Source: Gammaproteobacteria bacterium (lineage in GTDB: Bacteria > Pseudomonadota > Gammaproteobacteria > GCA-002705445 > GCA-002716945). Taken from it: a stretch of DNA of 64,000 nt. Under the pieces are notes generated by a model. The model saw nothing but the letters and a program-made list of their open reading frames with translations. It was not told where the DNA came from and searched no databases. The translations under genes were made by a program, and so were the position numbers. The DNA lies in assembly GCA_045561295.1 (NCBI GenBank), contig JBJKYD010000012.1, positions 27,690-91,689 on the forward strand. Reading direction: 5' to 3'. Positions 21,469 to 32,427 of the stretch are shown here, one piece after another. Position 1 is the first letter of the stretch, and the number at the start of each line of letters is the position of its first letter.

Positions 21469-22183
21469 TTTTTTTAAAAAGTACCTACCAGTTCTTTTGA
21501 TATTTGTCTTTTCTGAAAAAGTAAATGCTTTACCAAATATATATAATGCAACATATAGTTTACAAAAAAGTGGAATAGAATTTGGGCATTCAATTCATAG
21601 TTCAAGCTATGATACTGAATCCAATGAATGGTGCCTAAAAATAGATAGCTATACCGTAGGAATATTTAGCATAAAAAAAGATAATAGAAGCGAAATGAGC
21701 TGTTTTTATTATAATAAAAAAAAATATTTAGAATTTCTAAATAATGAATCAACAGAAAATGACTTTGTAAAAACAAATAGTTATATGTTTTCTAGAATTA
21801 GTTCTAAGAAAAATCAAATGATTCAAATTAGAAGAATTAATAATCTTCTGGTTACTTCAAAAGACGGGAAAACTATAACTCATGGAGCAGATATTAATAT
21901 TGATAGATTAGTAGCGCAATCATTTGGTTATGCTTATACAAATGTTTTAGTTAACGATAAAGGGAGAGAACGTGAATATAGGTTTGAGATTCTTGGAAAA
22001 GATACTATTGCTTCACCATTTGGATTAACTGAAGCGCTTATTGTTAAAAAAAATATTAGCCAAAGTAAAAGAAGTACCATCACTTGGTATTCAATAGAAA
22101 ATAATTATATACCTATTGTAATTGAACAATATAGATTAGATAAACTTAAAGTTACTGCAAAACTTATTAACCTTGAGCAGTGA
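21461..22183 (+). CDS. Exported protein, DUF3108-like
   Basis: Signal peptide; position after purN; W(Y)S...YIP C-terminal pattern. Confidence 0.55.
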   Translation: MINFFKKYLPVLLIFVFSEKVNALPNIYNATYSLQKSGIEFGHSIHSSSYDTESNEWCLKIDSYTVGIFSIKKDNRSEMSCFYYNKKKYLEFLNNESTENDFVKTNSYMFSRISSKKNQMIQIRRINNLLVTSKDGKTITHGADINIDRLVAQSFGYAYTNVLVNDKGREREYRFEILGKDTIASPFGLTEALIVKKNISQSKRSTITWYSIENNYIPIVIEQYRLDKLKVTAKLINLEQ

Positions 22184-23380
22184 CTATTTTTTTCTTGTTT
22201 TCAGCCTAAGTGCATTAATTTTTATAAAGCCCTCAGCGTCCCTTTGATTATATGCTCCAGAGTCGTTCTCAAATGTTGATAAATCCTCAGAATATAATGA
22301 ATATTCAGATCTTCTCCCCTCAACAATGACATTACCTTTATATAATCTAAGTCTAACATCACCAGAAACTCTCTTTTGAGATTGATCAATCAAGCTTTGA
22401 AGAGATTCTCTCTCCGGGCTAAACCAATAACCATTATAAATTAATCTTGAGTATCTATTAGTTAAATCTTCTTTTAAATGAAGCATTTCTCTGTCTAGCG
22501 TTATCGATTCTATTGCCTTGTGAGCCTTGAAATAGATTGTTCCGCCCGGAGTTTCATAACATCCTCTAGATTTAATACCAACGTATCTATTCTCAACAAT
22601 ATCATCTCTGCCAATGCCATGATTACCAGCTATTATGTTAAGTTGATTTAATACTTTAGAAGGGCTCATTTTTTTATTATTGATAGCAACTATGTCGCCC
22701 TTATCAAAAGTCAATTGGAGTAACTCTGATCTTGATTTACTTTTTTCAAGAGATTTTGTTCTCAACCACATTACTTCTTCAGGTCTCTTCCATGGATCCT
22801 CCAAAATACCTCCCTCATATGATGTATGAAGAATGTTTGCGTCCATAGAGTATGGGCTTTTTTTACCTTTATCAAAATCAACGGCAATTTTATGTTTCTT
22901 TGCATAACCCATTAAATCTGATCTAGATATAAAGTCCCACTCTCTCCATGGCGCTATAACTTTAATTTTAGGATTTAATGCATAAGCAGCTAATTCGAAT
23001 CTTACTTGATCATTGCCTTTACCGGTTGCTCCATGACAGATATATTCAGCTTTTTCTTTCTTTGCTATTTCAATAAGTCTCTTACTTATAAGAGGACGAG
23101 CAATAGATGTTCCCAGAAAATATTCACCTTCGTAAATTGCATTTGCTCTGAACATTGGATAAACATAATTAGATACAAAATCCTCTCTAAGATCTTCGAT
23201 ATATATTTTTTTTATACCAAGTTTCTTAGCTTTTACTTTGGCATCTCTAGTTTCTTCACCTTGACCAATATCAGCAGTAAAAGTAATGACTTCAAGATCA
23301 TAGTGCTCCATAAGCCATTTAGCTATTACAGATGTATCTAGACCGCCAGAATAAGCTAATACAACTTTTTTAGGCTTCAT
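22184..23380 (-). CDS. argG: Argininosuccinate synthase
   Basis: [38 protein letters not shown]. Confidence 0.98.
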   Translation of the reverse strand: MKPKKVVLAYSGGLDTSVIAKWLMEHYDLEVITFTADIGQGEETRDAKVKAKKLGIKKIYIEDLREDFVSNYVYPMFRANAIYEGEYFLGTSIARPLISKRLIEIAKKEKAEYICHGATGKGNDQVRFELAAYALNPKIKVIAPWREWDFISRSDLMGYAKKHKIAVDFDKGKKSPYSMDANILHTSYEGGILEDPWKRPEEVMWLRTKSLEKSKSRSELLQLTFDKGDIVAINNKKMSPSKVLNQLNIIAGNHGIGRDDIVENRYVGIKSRGCYETPGGTIYFKAHKAIESITLDREMLHLKEDLTNRYSRLIYNGYWFSPERESLQSLIDQSQKRVSGDVRLRLYKGNVIVEGRRSEYSLYSEDLSTFENDSGAYNQRDAEGFIKINALRLKTRKK

Positions 23381-23828
23381 TCATTTCCTCTGATGATTGC
23401 ATTTCAGGCTCTACCCATCTGAAACCCTTATCAGTTGCTTCTTTTTTCCAAAATGGCGCTTCACTTTTTAGTGCCTCCATAATCTGTCTTGTAGCTTCAA
23501 AAGCTTCGTCTCTGTGTTCTGACCACGAAGCAACAAGCACAATTGGATCTGAAGGGTTTACAAGCCCTACTCTGTGTAAGACGATTGAATCGATAATCTT
23601 ATATTTCTTTGTTGCATTTTGAACAATTTTCTCGAGGTAACCCTCTGTCATATCAGGATAATGTTGCAATTCCATAGATTTAATTGCATCCCCAGAATTA
23701 ATGTCTCTCATAGTTCCTAGAAAGACGCTACAAGCTCCTATATTATTTTTTTCTTTGAGTTGGGATCTTTTATATTCGACAAGTTTTTGCCAAGGATCGA
23801 ATTCTTCATTTATAATTTCAATATACAT
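23370..23828 (-). CDS. moaE: Molybdopterin synthase catalytic subunit
   Basis: [27 protein letters not shown]. Confidence 0.95.
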   Translation of the reverse strand: MYIEIINEEFDPWQKLVEYKRSQLKEKNNIGACSVFLGTMRDINSGDAIKSMELQHYPDMTEGYLEKIVQNATKKYKIIDSIVLHRVGLVNPSDPIVLVASWSEHRDEAFEATRQIMEALKSEAPFWKKEATDKGFRWVEPEMQSSEEMNEA

Positions 23829-23830
23829 TT

Positions 23831-24064
23831 TTAACCACCTGTTACTGGAGGAAAGAATGCAATCTCATCATTTTCAGATAGCAGATAGGACATATCTACA
23901 TATTCATGATTTACTGCAACCATCACCTTTCCAGTGTATTTAATATTTTTTGAAACATCTGCCCAAATATCACCAGCGGTTATTTTATCCTGCCATTCTA
24001 TTTGTTCAGAGGTTTTTCCTATCGCATCACTGATACTTGCAAAGTATTTTACTACAATTACCAT
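23831..24064 (-). CDS. moaD: Molybdopterin synthase sulfur carrier
   Basis: VKYFA, AVN.EY, EIAFFPPVTGG C-terminus. Confidence 0.93.
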   Translation of the reverse strand: MVIVVKYFASISDAIGKTSEQIEWQDKITAGDIWADVSKNIKYTGKVMVAVNHEYVDMSYLLSENDEIAFFPPVTGG

Positions 24065-24125
24065 TATTATGACTGAATGATACATTCATGTGTCGGTAAA
24101 CTCAAATCTAATATATTTATCTAAA

Positions 24126-24383
24126 CTATGATGCTTTAGATTTATTGCTTAAAATTACACCCAATAGAATACTTACATAACAAATGATTAGATATATCCA
24201 GTCACCATCATTTATTAAAGGATAAATTGGTATCAAAGGGAAAAACATAGCTGTCCCAATAAAACCGACAAGAATATGAAATATTCCATATTCAGGAAAG
24301 GTTTGTGCGAGTATTCCAAAGCTTGCAAAAAATGATGTGATGATAGCTATGCTGTAAAAAATATAAGATAGAATCTTTAACAT
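24126..24383 (-). CDS. Small membrane protein of unknown function
   Basis: Three hydrophobic segments; start placed at the ATG just after the moaA stop. Confidence 0.65.
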   Translation of the reverse strand: MLKILSYIFYSIAIITSFFASFGILAQTFPEYGIFHILVGFIGTAMFFPLIPIYPLINDGDWIYLIICYVSILLGVILSNKSKAS

Positions 24384-24384
24384 A

Positions 24385-25404
24385 TTATCCGCCGATATAA
24401 GACATCTCGACTTTTGGTGAATCAATTTTATTTATGAATCTGAGCTCTGAATATCTATCTGCTCTCTTACTCCATATATTATAAAAGTAGTCTAAAACAT
24501 CTTGGCCACTTGCTCCCGCTCTAATAATTTTTTTAAGATCATGTCCCTCCGTAGCAAATAGACATGTGTATAACTTTCCATCAACAGAAAGTCTTGCCCT
24601 ATTGCATCCATTGCAAAATGGTTCGGTAATAGATGAAATAAAGCCCACAGAAGTATTTGTATTATCTATAGACCATTTTTGTGCTGTGGAAGATTTATTA
24701 GTATCAATCAGCGAAAGGTTATATTTTGAAATGATCAATTTTAAAAGTTGACTTGATGGCACAACTTTATCTAGGTTCCAGTTATTTGATTCACCAACAT
24801 CCATATATTCAATGAATCTTACTTCTGAATTTATCCCAATCATTTTATCAATAATATCTAATACTTCTTCATCATTTATACTTTTAATAACAACAGTATT
24901 TGTCTTTACTATATTGAAATATTTTTCTATGCCTTCTAAGACTTTATCAAGGTCAAATGTTTTTTTAGTCCCATTTATTTGTACAGTCTTATCAAAGTGC
25001 AATGTATCCAGGCTGAGAGTAACTGAATCTAAGCCTGAAGCTTTTAGCTCATTCAGTTTCTTGTCTGTAAGAAGAGAACCGTTTGTGGTCATACTTACAT
25101 CTTTGATACCTACTTCATTTTTTAGTTTATAAATTAACTTATCTATATTTTTTCTTAATAAGGGTTCTCCACCGGTAATCCTTATCTTTTTTAGTCCAAT
25201 TTTCTTTAATATTGTTGATATTTGAATAATCTCCTCATAGGATAAAATTTTACTTTGTTTGATATAACTATAGTCCTTATTAAATATTTCAGAAGGCATA
25301 CAATAGCTACATCTATAGTTACAACGGTCTGTAACTGATATCCTAAGATATTCGAATTCACGTGATAGCATGTCTTTGTATTTATTTACAGTATCGACAT
25401 TCAT
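24385..25404 (-). CDS. moaA: GTP 3',8-cyclase (radical SAM)
   Basis: LRISVTDRCNYRCSYCM, TGGEPLLR, FCNGCNRARL, MSYIGG C-terminus. Confidence 0.96.
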   Translation of the reverse strand: MNVDTVNKYKDMLSREFEYLRISVTDRCNYRCSYCMPSEIFNKDYSYIKQSKILSYEEIIQISTILKKIGLKKIRITGGEPLLRKNIDKLIYKLKNEVGIKDVSMTTNGSLLTDKKLNELKASGLDSVTLSLDTLHFDKTVQINGTKKTFDLDKVLEGIEKYFNIVKTNTVVIKSINDEEVLDIIDKMIGINSEVRFIEYMDVGESNNWNLDKVVPSSQLLKLIISKYNLSLIDTNKSSTAQKWSIDNTNTSVGFISSITEPFCNGCNRARLSVDGKLYTCLFATEGHDLKKIIRAGASGQDVLDYFYNIWSKRADRYSELRFINKIDSPKVEMSYIGG

Positions 25405-26149
25405 CGTCTTTATTGATTTTGATTGTTTTAAAATCATTATTTTTTAGATCTAATAGAAAAAGTTTACTTTCAAATGTTTTTCCAAATTTGCACAACACTT
25501 TGATACATTCTGTCGCTAAGATAGTGCCAACGAAACCAGTAACACTTCCAAGAATACCTGAATCTAGACATGTATTTTTTGTATTAGGAAGATCTGAATA
25601 TAAACATCGATAACATGGTTCGTTATCAATATCATTTCTAAAGACTGCAACTTGCCCTTCAAACTTTAATGCTGCTCCTGATATAAGTGGTATTCGATGT
25701 AAAAGAGATATTTGATTAATAAGGGTTCTTGCCTCAAAGTTATCTGTACAGTCAATAATTACATCAAATTCTTTGAGTTTGCTTGTATCAAATCTTTGAT
25801 CAACCCTAGACTTATCAGTCTTTATTATTAAATCAGAGTTGAGTTCCAGTAGTCTTTTTGATGCCGCATCTACTTTGTTTTTATTAAGATCGTTTTCAGT
25901 GAATAGAGTTTGTCTATTAAGATTGGTTAATGATACTGTATCGTCATCTATTAGCAATAAGGTCCCGAGGCCAGAAGATGCAAGGTATGTAGATACCGGA
26001 CAACCTAGACCGCCTAGACCAATGATTGCAACTTTTGAATTTATAAGTATTGTTTGTCCATCAATATCAACTTCAGGAAGAACAATATGTCTATTATATC
26101 TTAGTAATTGTTTGTCAGTTAAATCAGCCTTTGTTTTTTTGGCTAGCAT
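25382..26149 (-). CDS. moeB: Molybdopterin-synthase adenylyltransferase (MoeB/ThiF)
   Basis: RYNRHI, GLGGLG, NLNRQ, DCTDNF, PCYRC, C-terminal CRYC; upstream of moaA. Confidence 0.9.
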   Translation of the reverse strand: MLAKKTKADLTDKQLLRYNRHIVLPEVDIDGQTILINSKVAIIGLGGLGCPVSTYLASSGLGTLLLIDDDTVSLTNLNRQTLFTENDLNKNKVDAASKRLLELNSDLIIKTDKSRVDQRFDTSKLKEFDVIIDCTDNFEARTLINQISLLHRIPLISGAALKFEGQVAVFRNDIDNEPCYRCLYSDLPNTKNTCLDSGILGSVTGFVGTILATECIKVLCKFGKTFESKLFLLDLKNNDFKTIKINKDDECRYCK

Positions 26150-26417
26150 TAAATTTATCCAGTTGTTCTTTTGTTGCCTCTTTCTGATATTTTTCTTTAT
26201 AACTATCATAAGGCATTCCATATATTAACTCTCTTGCAGCATCATATGATAATTCTTCACCTTGGGAGGAAGACTCTGATACATACCATTTTGAAATACA
26301 ATTTCTGCAAAAGTTCGCCAAATTCATTAAATCAATATTTTGGACATCAGGATTCTCTTGCAAATGCTTCACAATTCTCCTGAATGTTGCAGCTTCAATT
26401 TCTGTTTTTTTATTCAT
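26124..26417 (-). CDS. DUF1244 family protein
   Basis: DVQNIDLMNLA.FCRNC.SKWY...ARE.IYGMPY. Confidence 0.9.
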   Translation of the reverse strand: MNKKTEIEAATFRRIVKHLQENPDVQNIDLMNLANFCRNCISKWYVSESSSQGEELSYDAARELIYGMPYDSYKEKYQKEATKEQLDKFNASQKNKG

Positions 26418-26456
26418 GACCTAATACTACTATATATATAGTGATGGATAAATAAA

Positions 26457-27338
26457 TTAACGCCTAGAATTTGCTAATTTAATACCCGATAAGATTACTG
26501 CTAAACCTAAAATATAATTCCAACTAAATGCATCATCCAGTATCAATATGCCAAAAAGAATAGCCCAAAGCGGTATAAGGAAGTTCATAATTGATAAAAA
26601 GGATGCGCCTGATGTTTGTAATATTTGGAAATAAATTATTGTTGCAATGGCAGTACACAATATGCCTAGTAGAAGAATATTAGTATTAAGCATCAACTCG
26701 CTTATATCAGGATTACTTTTATCTATAAATAACAGATATATTGACATGAAAAATGTCGCAAAGAGTATTGTTCCTGTAGAGGCACTGACAGGATCAGTCA
26801 TTTTATATTTTTTACCGTAAATAGCAGCTACAGAATACAAGGTAGATCCTAGCATTACCAACAATTGAGATTCTAAAGTCAAGCTAAATGAATTATTTAT
26901 AAACAGATCATCTCGGTATATAAGAATAAAAACACCAAAAAAAGATATTATAAATCCGATGAACTTCTGTTGATTCATTTTTTCATCTACTAGAAAGAAG
27001 TGTGATAGTAGAATTGTAGTTATCGGCATCGTAGCCATAAGTATACCGGCCATAGCACTATCAATATTTTTTTGTCCGTTTATAATTGCAATGAAAGGAA
27101 TAACAATTCCTACAAGACTCATAAAAAGATAATAATTTAACTCAGAGAAACTGATTGTGAATCTCTTATACATAAAATAGACAAGCACAACAAGAAATAT
27201 TGAACCTGAGATTAATCTACCTGCAACAATGACCTCCGGAGTATAGAAATCTAGAGCTAATTTATTCAAAGTGAATGCTCCGCCCCATATAGCAGATAGT
27301 ATTATTAGAAGGAACCAGTTAGTTTTAAATAAATTCAT
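26457..27338 (-). CDS. EamA/DMT family transporter
   Basis: About 10 TM segments, IWGG.F, LG..CTAIA..YF. Confidence 0.9.
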   Translation of the reverse strand: MNLFKTNWFLLIILSAIWGGAFTLNKLALDFYTPEVIVAGRLISGSIFLVVLVYFMYKRFTISFSELNYYLFMSLVGIVIPFIAIINGQKNIDSAMAGILMATMPITTILLSHFFLVDEKMNQQKFIGFIISFFGVFILIYRDDLFINNSFSLTLESQLLVMLGSTLYSVAAIYGKKYKMTDPVSASTGTILFATFFMSIYLLFIDKSNPDISELMLNTNILLLGILCTAIATIIYFQILQTSGASFLSIMNFLIPLWAILFGILILDDAFSWNYILGLAVILSGIKLANSRR

Positions 27339-27361
27339 GTTAATATAATTAAGGTAAGTGT

Positions 27362-28021
27362 ATGAAAATTCTGTCTATAAATGTTTCTGAGCCACAAAAG
27401 GTTACTTTTAATGGTAAAGAGCTTATCACAAGTATTTATAAAAAGCCTGTAAGTAACAAAGTTACCGTATCATCGCAAGGAATTGAAGGTGATAGACAAG
27501 CAGATTTAACTGTTCATGGCGGTTATGATAAAGCTGTATATGCATATTCATATACACATTATCAAACGTGGAGTGAAAAGCTAAATAGTGCTTTCAAAGA
27601 TTATGGTTTAGTCGGCGAGAATTTGACAATTGATGATTTCGATGAAGACAAAATTAATATTGGAGATCAATTCAAAATAAATGAATGTTTACTCCAAGTA
27701 AGTCAGCCAAGAATCCCATGCTACAAAATAGGAATTAAACTAAATAGCAGAGAATTTCCAAAAATGTTTTCTCAATCAGGATTGCTTGGTAGTTATCTAC
27801 GCGTAATCCATGATGGTGAAATTAGCACAGGTGATGTAATTCATAAAGTGCACTCTGAAGAAAACTCTATGAGTATAAAAGATATTGCTCATTTGTTGTT
27901 TGTTGATGTAAAAAATATTGAATTAATGAAACAAGCATTAGATATAAAGCCTTTGACTGAAGAGATAAAAGAAAAATTTAGGGAACGACTAATGAAGTTA
28001 GGTGATTTTTCCTCTTTATAA
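27362..28021 (+). CDS. MOSC domain protein (YiiM-like)
   Basis: GDRQAD..VHGG.DKAV, GENLT, VSQPRIPC.K. Confidence 0.92.
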   Translation: MKILSINVSEPQKVTFNGKELITSIYKKPVSNKVTVSSQGIEGDRQADLTVHGGYDKAVYAYSYTHYQTWSEKLNSAFKDYGLVGENLTIDDFDEDKINIGDQFKINECLLQVSQPRIPCYKIGIKLNSREFPKMFSQSGLLGSYLRVIHDGEISTGDVIHKVHSEENSMSIKDIAHLLFVDVKNIELMKQALDIKPLTEEIKEKFRERLMKLGDFSSL

Positions 28022-28023
28022 AT

Positions 28024-28242
28024 ATGCTGAAACGTCAGAACCTAAAAATAGTAGAGAACCATGTGACAGTCGCATCTTGTAATGGAGATGTTGTTTCTGG
28101 CAAGCATCCTAATGTATATCTAACATTAAAAGATGGGAGTGCAGAATGTTATTACTGTGGTAAGATATTTGTCACAAAGGATGTACATGAAAAGCATCTT
28201 AGTAAAACTAGAAAAAACTTTAAGAAAAATAAGAATGTTTAA
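28024..28242 (+). CDS. zf-CHCC zinc-finger protein
   Basis: C.G...HP.VYL...C.YC. Confidence 0.85.
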   Translation: MLKRQNLKIVENHVTVASCNGDVVSGKHPNVYLTLKDGSAECYYCGKIFVTKDVHEKHLSKTRKNFKKNKNV

Positions 28243-28690
28243 AAAAAGAGAGACAATAAAACAAGTAGAAGAAGGAAATGACCTAGCTCCTAAATTTGAT
28301 AAAAATGGTTTTATTCCTGTAGTAACCACGGATGCTAAAACAGGAGTTGTTCTAATGCATGCATATATGAATGAGGAAGCATTAAAAAAGACAATAACAA
28401 CAAGACAAGCTCATTATTACAGTCGTAGTAGAAAGTGTTTATGGCATAAAGGTGCTACTAGCGGCCTAATCCAAGATATAAAAAATATTTTTATTGATGA
28501 TGATCAAGATTGTATATGGCTCAATGTTTCAGTAAGAGGTGAAGCAAGCTGTCACGTTGGATACAAGTCATGTTTTTATAGAGAGATTGACTTAAAATCA
28601 AAACAGCTAGAATTGAAGTTTATTGAGGATGAAAAAATATTTGATCCTGAGGAAGTTTATGGCGACGTGCCAAATCCAACCATACTATAA
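28235..28690 (+). CDS. hisI: Phosphoribosyl-AMP cyclohydrolase
   Basis: VLMHAYMNEEAL, YYSRSR..LWHKGATSG, DDDQD, SCHVGYKSCFYR. Confidence 0.92.
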   Translation: MFKKRETIKQVEEGNDLAPKFDKNGFIPVVTTDAKTGVVLMHAYMNEEALKKTITTRQAHYYSRSRKCLWHKGATSGLIQDIKNIFIDDDQDCIWLNVSVRGEASCHVGYKSCFYREIDLKSKQLELKFIEDEKIFDPEEVYGDVPNPTIL

Positions 28691-28691
28691 A

Positions 28692-28919
28692 CTACAAATT
28701 TAAATTTCTGATAAAGAAGTTAGCTAACAGTCCTATTATGTATAGAGTAATTGCTAAATAAATTATTCCAAATGACATTGAAGAGAAAAAATATAAGATT
28801 GATGGAATTGGACTATATTGAGAAAAATACCCATGAGTAAAATGAATGAATATTAATAGTGGAACAGAAATTAAAGCTCCATGGAGTATGTTATTAATTA
28901 CATTTTTTAAAAAATTCAT
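28692..28919 (-). CDS. Small membrane protein
   Basis: Two hydrophobic segments; fills the gap between flanking genes. Confidence 0.6.
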   Translation of the reverse strand: MNFLKNVINNILHGALISVPLLIFIHFTHGYFSQYSPIPSILYFFSSMSFGIIYLAITLYIIGLLANFFIRNLNL

Positions 28920-28931
28920 ATAATCACTAGT

Positions 28932-29711
28932 ATGTCTAAAATCAGTATAACAAAAAAAACTGCCTGGTCACTTATTTTAAATATTAATGCTAAAACAAAA
29001 TATAAAGCTAAAAGAAATATTATTGAAATAAGTGAAGAGTTTCAGAAAAATACTTTTCAAATTCGATATAACCGAAAAAAAAATTATATTGAAGATACTA
29101 ATATAAATTTAAAAAAAGATATTGAAAATCTATTCCATATTTTTTTGCCCATAGTCTGTTTTCAAGGTAAAATTCAATATATCGCTCACATTGCTCAATC
29201 TCTTGATGGGTTTATTGCTACAGAATCAGGTGAGTCAAAATATATTAGTGGTAAAGAAAATCTTGAACATATTCATAGATTAAGAGCTGTCTCAGATATC
29301 ATCATCGTTGGCGCAAAGACTTATCTTGAAGATAAGCCAAAACTAACAACTAGATTAGTAAAAGGCAATAATCCGTTGATTTATGTTTTTGATCCGAAGA
29401 GAATTTTGAGAAAAAAAGATATCATGGGTGATATAGTCCATTTAAGAGATAATCTGGATGAATTGAAAAAGACTTTACATAATAAAGATAAACAGACTAT
29501 TTACATTGAGGGTGGTGGAAGGACTATATCTTATTTTATGAACAAAAATATTTTAAATAAAATTCACATTTGTTTGTGTCCTATCATTTTAGGAGGTGGA
29601 CGACCATCGTTTGTACCTGATAAATATATCGAGCTTAATAATCAAAAATCCTTCAAGCCAAATCATTATCACATGGGTAAAGATATACTGTTTGATATTG
29701 AAATTAACTAA
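28932..29711 (+). CDS. RibD C-terminal (reductase) domain protein
   Basis: AQSLDGFIA, HRLRA.SD.IIVGA.T..D.P.LT.R, IEGGG, PIILGGG; no deaminase domain. Confidence 0.88.
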   Translation: MSKISITKKTAWSLILNINAKTKYKAKRNIIEISEEFQKNTFQIRYNRKKNYIEDTNINLKKDIENLFHIFLPIVCFQGKIQYIAHIAQSLDGFIATESGESKYISGKENLEHIHRLRAVSDIIIVGAKTYLEDKPKLTTRLVKGNNPLIYVFDPKRILRKKDIMGDIVHLRDNLDELKKTLHNKDKQTIYIEGGGRTISYFMNKNILNKIHICLCPIILGGGRPSFVPDKYIELNNQKSFKPNHYHMGKDILFDIEIN

Positions 29712-30578
29712 TTTTTCTGTTGATTAAGAAATACATACCAGGAAGTGAACAGAACAAATTAGTTAAACCATATACAATGGCGACAGTAACGCTTGCAGAA
29801 ACCGTTAGCCCCAAAAGAAAAGATATTGCTAACGCAGTTGTTTCCCTAACACCCCCAGCCGCCCTATGCTTACAGGCAGAGTCATTGAAAATAATATAAT
29901 TGGCGCAAAGACAAAGAAGCTAATGATATCGATATCAAGATTAAGTGAAAATGCACAAATTATGTATGTAGTTATATAGGTTAATACAATTATTAATGAT
30001 AAAAAGAAATGCTTGTAAAAAAGCTTGCCGCTAAAAATATATTTAAAATTAATAATATATTTATTATTTTGTTTGTATCTAAAAAATAATCTTATTAATA
30101 AGAAAAGTATGAGAATAGTCCCTATTACATAATAGAATGCAGTATATTTTTCATTAATAAAAAAAAATAATGACAGAGATATTATAAATGTTACAACTAA
30201 TGTTATTTGACCTGATAACCTTTCAAGAATGACGGATTGCAAGGATTTTAAGATATTTCCTCTTTTTTCCCCATTGATTTTTATATTTATACTTCTATAG
30301 ATATCACCTAGTATCCCAGTTGGAAGAATATTATTTAAAAATCCAGATATATAGTAGAATCTTATTGCATCTTTGTAGTCGATTCTTGATCTTGTTTTAG
30401 AGGCAATGAAATGCCATCTCCATGCCGATAAAAAATATTGAAGCAAGCTTAATAAAACAATTAAAGGTAAATATAATAGATTTACTTCTTTAATTATTAG
30501 TTTGATATCGTTTCCATAGTACACAATGAGATAGCTCATCAGTACTATTGAAAGAAAGTATTTAAGATTATTTTTCAC
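29704..30578 (-). CDS. Lysylphosphatidylglycerol-synthase-TM (flippase-like) protein with apparent frameshift
   Basis: AWRW, FLNNILP...GD..R, ERLSG; the PVSIGGWGVRE motif is restored by removing one G from each of two G-runs (29852-29864), and that frame stops at 29704. Confidence 0.8.
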
Positions 30579-31447
30579 TTTTTATAAAGTAAGATATCAT
30601 TATGCCCAACATATAATTGGATTTTTTTATTATCAATTTCAGATTTTTTATCTTGATACCATTTTCTGAGTATATTTTTATCTATTCCCTCCATATGAAA
30701 TAAAGACTTCTTGATATCGAGAAGATATCTTTTCATAAATACTTTATCTTTATCAAATCTATTTTTAATAATCCATGGTGAATCTTTTACAGTTATATTG
30801 AGATTAAGTTTGACTGCTTTTTGTTTTATAAATTCAATAGATTTACACCCCAGTGCCTTTCCAAATCCTTTGTCTGATCTTTGGTGATTATTAAAAAATG
30901 TTAGTATATATTTATCAAATGTATTTGTAGGCGTCCACCTGACTTGGCCATTAAAACATAAGGAGAAATAAAGAATATTGTTTTTTTTAATTCTTTTTAA
31001 TGCGCTAGCTATTGATGGCTTAGGCATAATATCGAGTGCAGCTGAGTAACTTATTACATGATATTTTTCACTAGAGCATCTGTAACTATCACAATCATTT
31101 TTTTTAATTGAAATCGTAGATAATATTTCGTTATTTTTTTTAATAAGAAAATCAAGATTATTTGTATTTGACTGAATACTATACATTGGCCTTAAATGAG
31201 TTCTTAAATTACTCTTTATTGATTTAAGTAATTTTATGTCGTGATCAACTAATATACAGTTGTTGAATAAGATATTTTTATCTAATGACCATATTAAAAA
31301 GTTACCTGATCCACAGTATAAATCTATAAGATCAATATCATGTTCTTGAGATAATTTATTTATATGATCAACTAAGACCGTACTTCGAGAAATATTATCA
31401 TAGTCTACTCTCATATTAATCCATGATTTACTAAATTTATTACCCAT
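30575..31447 (-). CDS. Class I SAM-dependent methyltransferase-like protein
   Basis: W...R...D..SR, DL.CGSG, LVDHD, SAALD, FN.HQR, SPW, VGH.D. Confidence 0.75.
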   Translation of the reverse strand: MGNKFSKSWINMRVDYDNISRSTVLVDHINKLSQEHDIDLIDLYCGSGNFLIWSLDKNILFNNCILVDHDIKLLKSIKSNLRTHLRPMYSIQSNTNNLDFLIKKNNEILSTISIKKNDCDSYRCSSEKYHVISYSAALDIMPKPSIASALKRIKKNNILYFSLCFNGQVRWTPTNTFDKYILTFFNNHQRSDKGFGKALGCKSIEFIKQKAVKLNLNITVKDSPWIIKNRFDKDKVFMKRYLLDIKKSLFHMEGIDKNILRKWYQDKKSEIDNKKIQLYVGHNDILLYKK

Positions 31448-32426
31448 TTAATACCTGCTTAAAACTAGAACCGACATCTTCCCAACTTCTAGTCCTTAAA
31501 TTAATGTGATTATCATCAAATGATGTTTTGATAATAGCATCTGCAACTGCCCGTGGAGATTTTGAATCTGTGTAAGTTCTATTAAACCCCCTTAGGTTTT
31601 CTCTAAATACTGGTAAATCTGCTACAACTAGAGGTAGTCCAATAGTTGCACTCTCTATATTAGCCATTCCATAACCTTCATACTTACTTAGGCAAAGATA
31701 AACTCTGGAGTTTTTAAGATGTTCAATTAATATTTTTTCGTCATCAATAGTATTATGAAAAACAACTCTATTTTCTAAATTATAATAATTTATTTTTGAA
31801 ATAAGATTCTTATAATAAGGATCGCTGTCATAAAACCCGCCAAATATTGAAAGCGTCCACTTTTCACTAAGATGACTAAGCGTTTCAATACATTTTTCTA
31901 TATTTTTTCTTGGGATAACAGAACCTGTAGTGGCTATATTATGGTTAATATTTAAATTTGTAATTTTATTCTGGTAATAAATATTGTCAACTCCAGGATA
32001 TATAACATCAATATTTTTATTTTTAGTTAACATATTCTTTATAATTTTTTTCATGGTATGGCTAACTGTAATGATTCTTTTTGCATGAGAAAATACTTTC
32101 CTTTCTTTAAGCTTAGAACTAATATCTCCATTTTTATTCTCCTCATAAGATACTGGGTGATGAATCAGCAAAATAATATTATATTTTTTTGAAAGTATTT
32201 TTATAAGATAATTCATTTTCGATGCGACAAGACCATCAATTAGTAAAGTAGAGTTTTTTGGAATCATATTAATTTTAAAGAAGAACTTATATGATAATAA
32301 ATTAATATCTTTTAGCATAACATTGATTATTTTACATCTATGAGTGTTAAGATAGTCGATAACATTTAAGTCATACTTGTTCCCACCAGATATACTTTTG
32401 AGATCTGGAGTAATAAAATAGTTCAC
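31440..32426 (-). CDS. Glycosyltransferase family 4
   Basis: SGGNKYD, LIDGL, LIHHP, GSVIPRKN, YEGYGMANIE. Confidence 0.9.
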   Translation of the reverse strand: MNYFITPDLKSISGGNKYDLNVIDYLNTHRCKIINVMLKDINLLSYKFFFKINMIPKNSTLLIDGLVASKMNYLIKILSKKYNIILLIHHPVSYEENKNGDISSKLKERKVFSHAKRIITVSHTMKKIIKNMLTKNKNIDVIYPGVDNIYYQNKITNLNINHNIATTGSVIPRKNIEKCIETLSHLSEKWTLSIFGGFYDSDPYYKNLISKINYYNLENRVVFHNTIDDEKILIEHLKNSRVYLCLSKYEGYGMANIESATIGLPLVVADLPVFRENLRGFNRTYTDSKSPRAVADAIIKTSFDDNHINLRTRSWEDVGSSFKQVLNG

Positions 32427-32427
32427 T

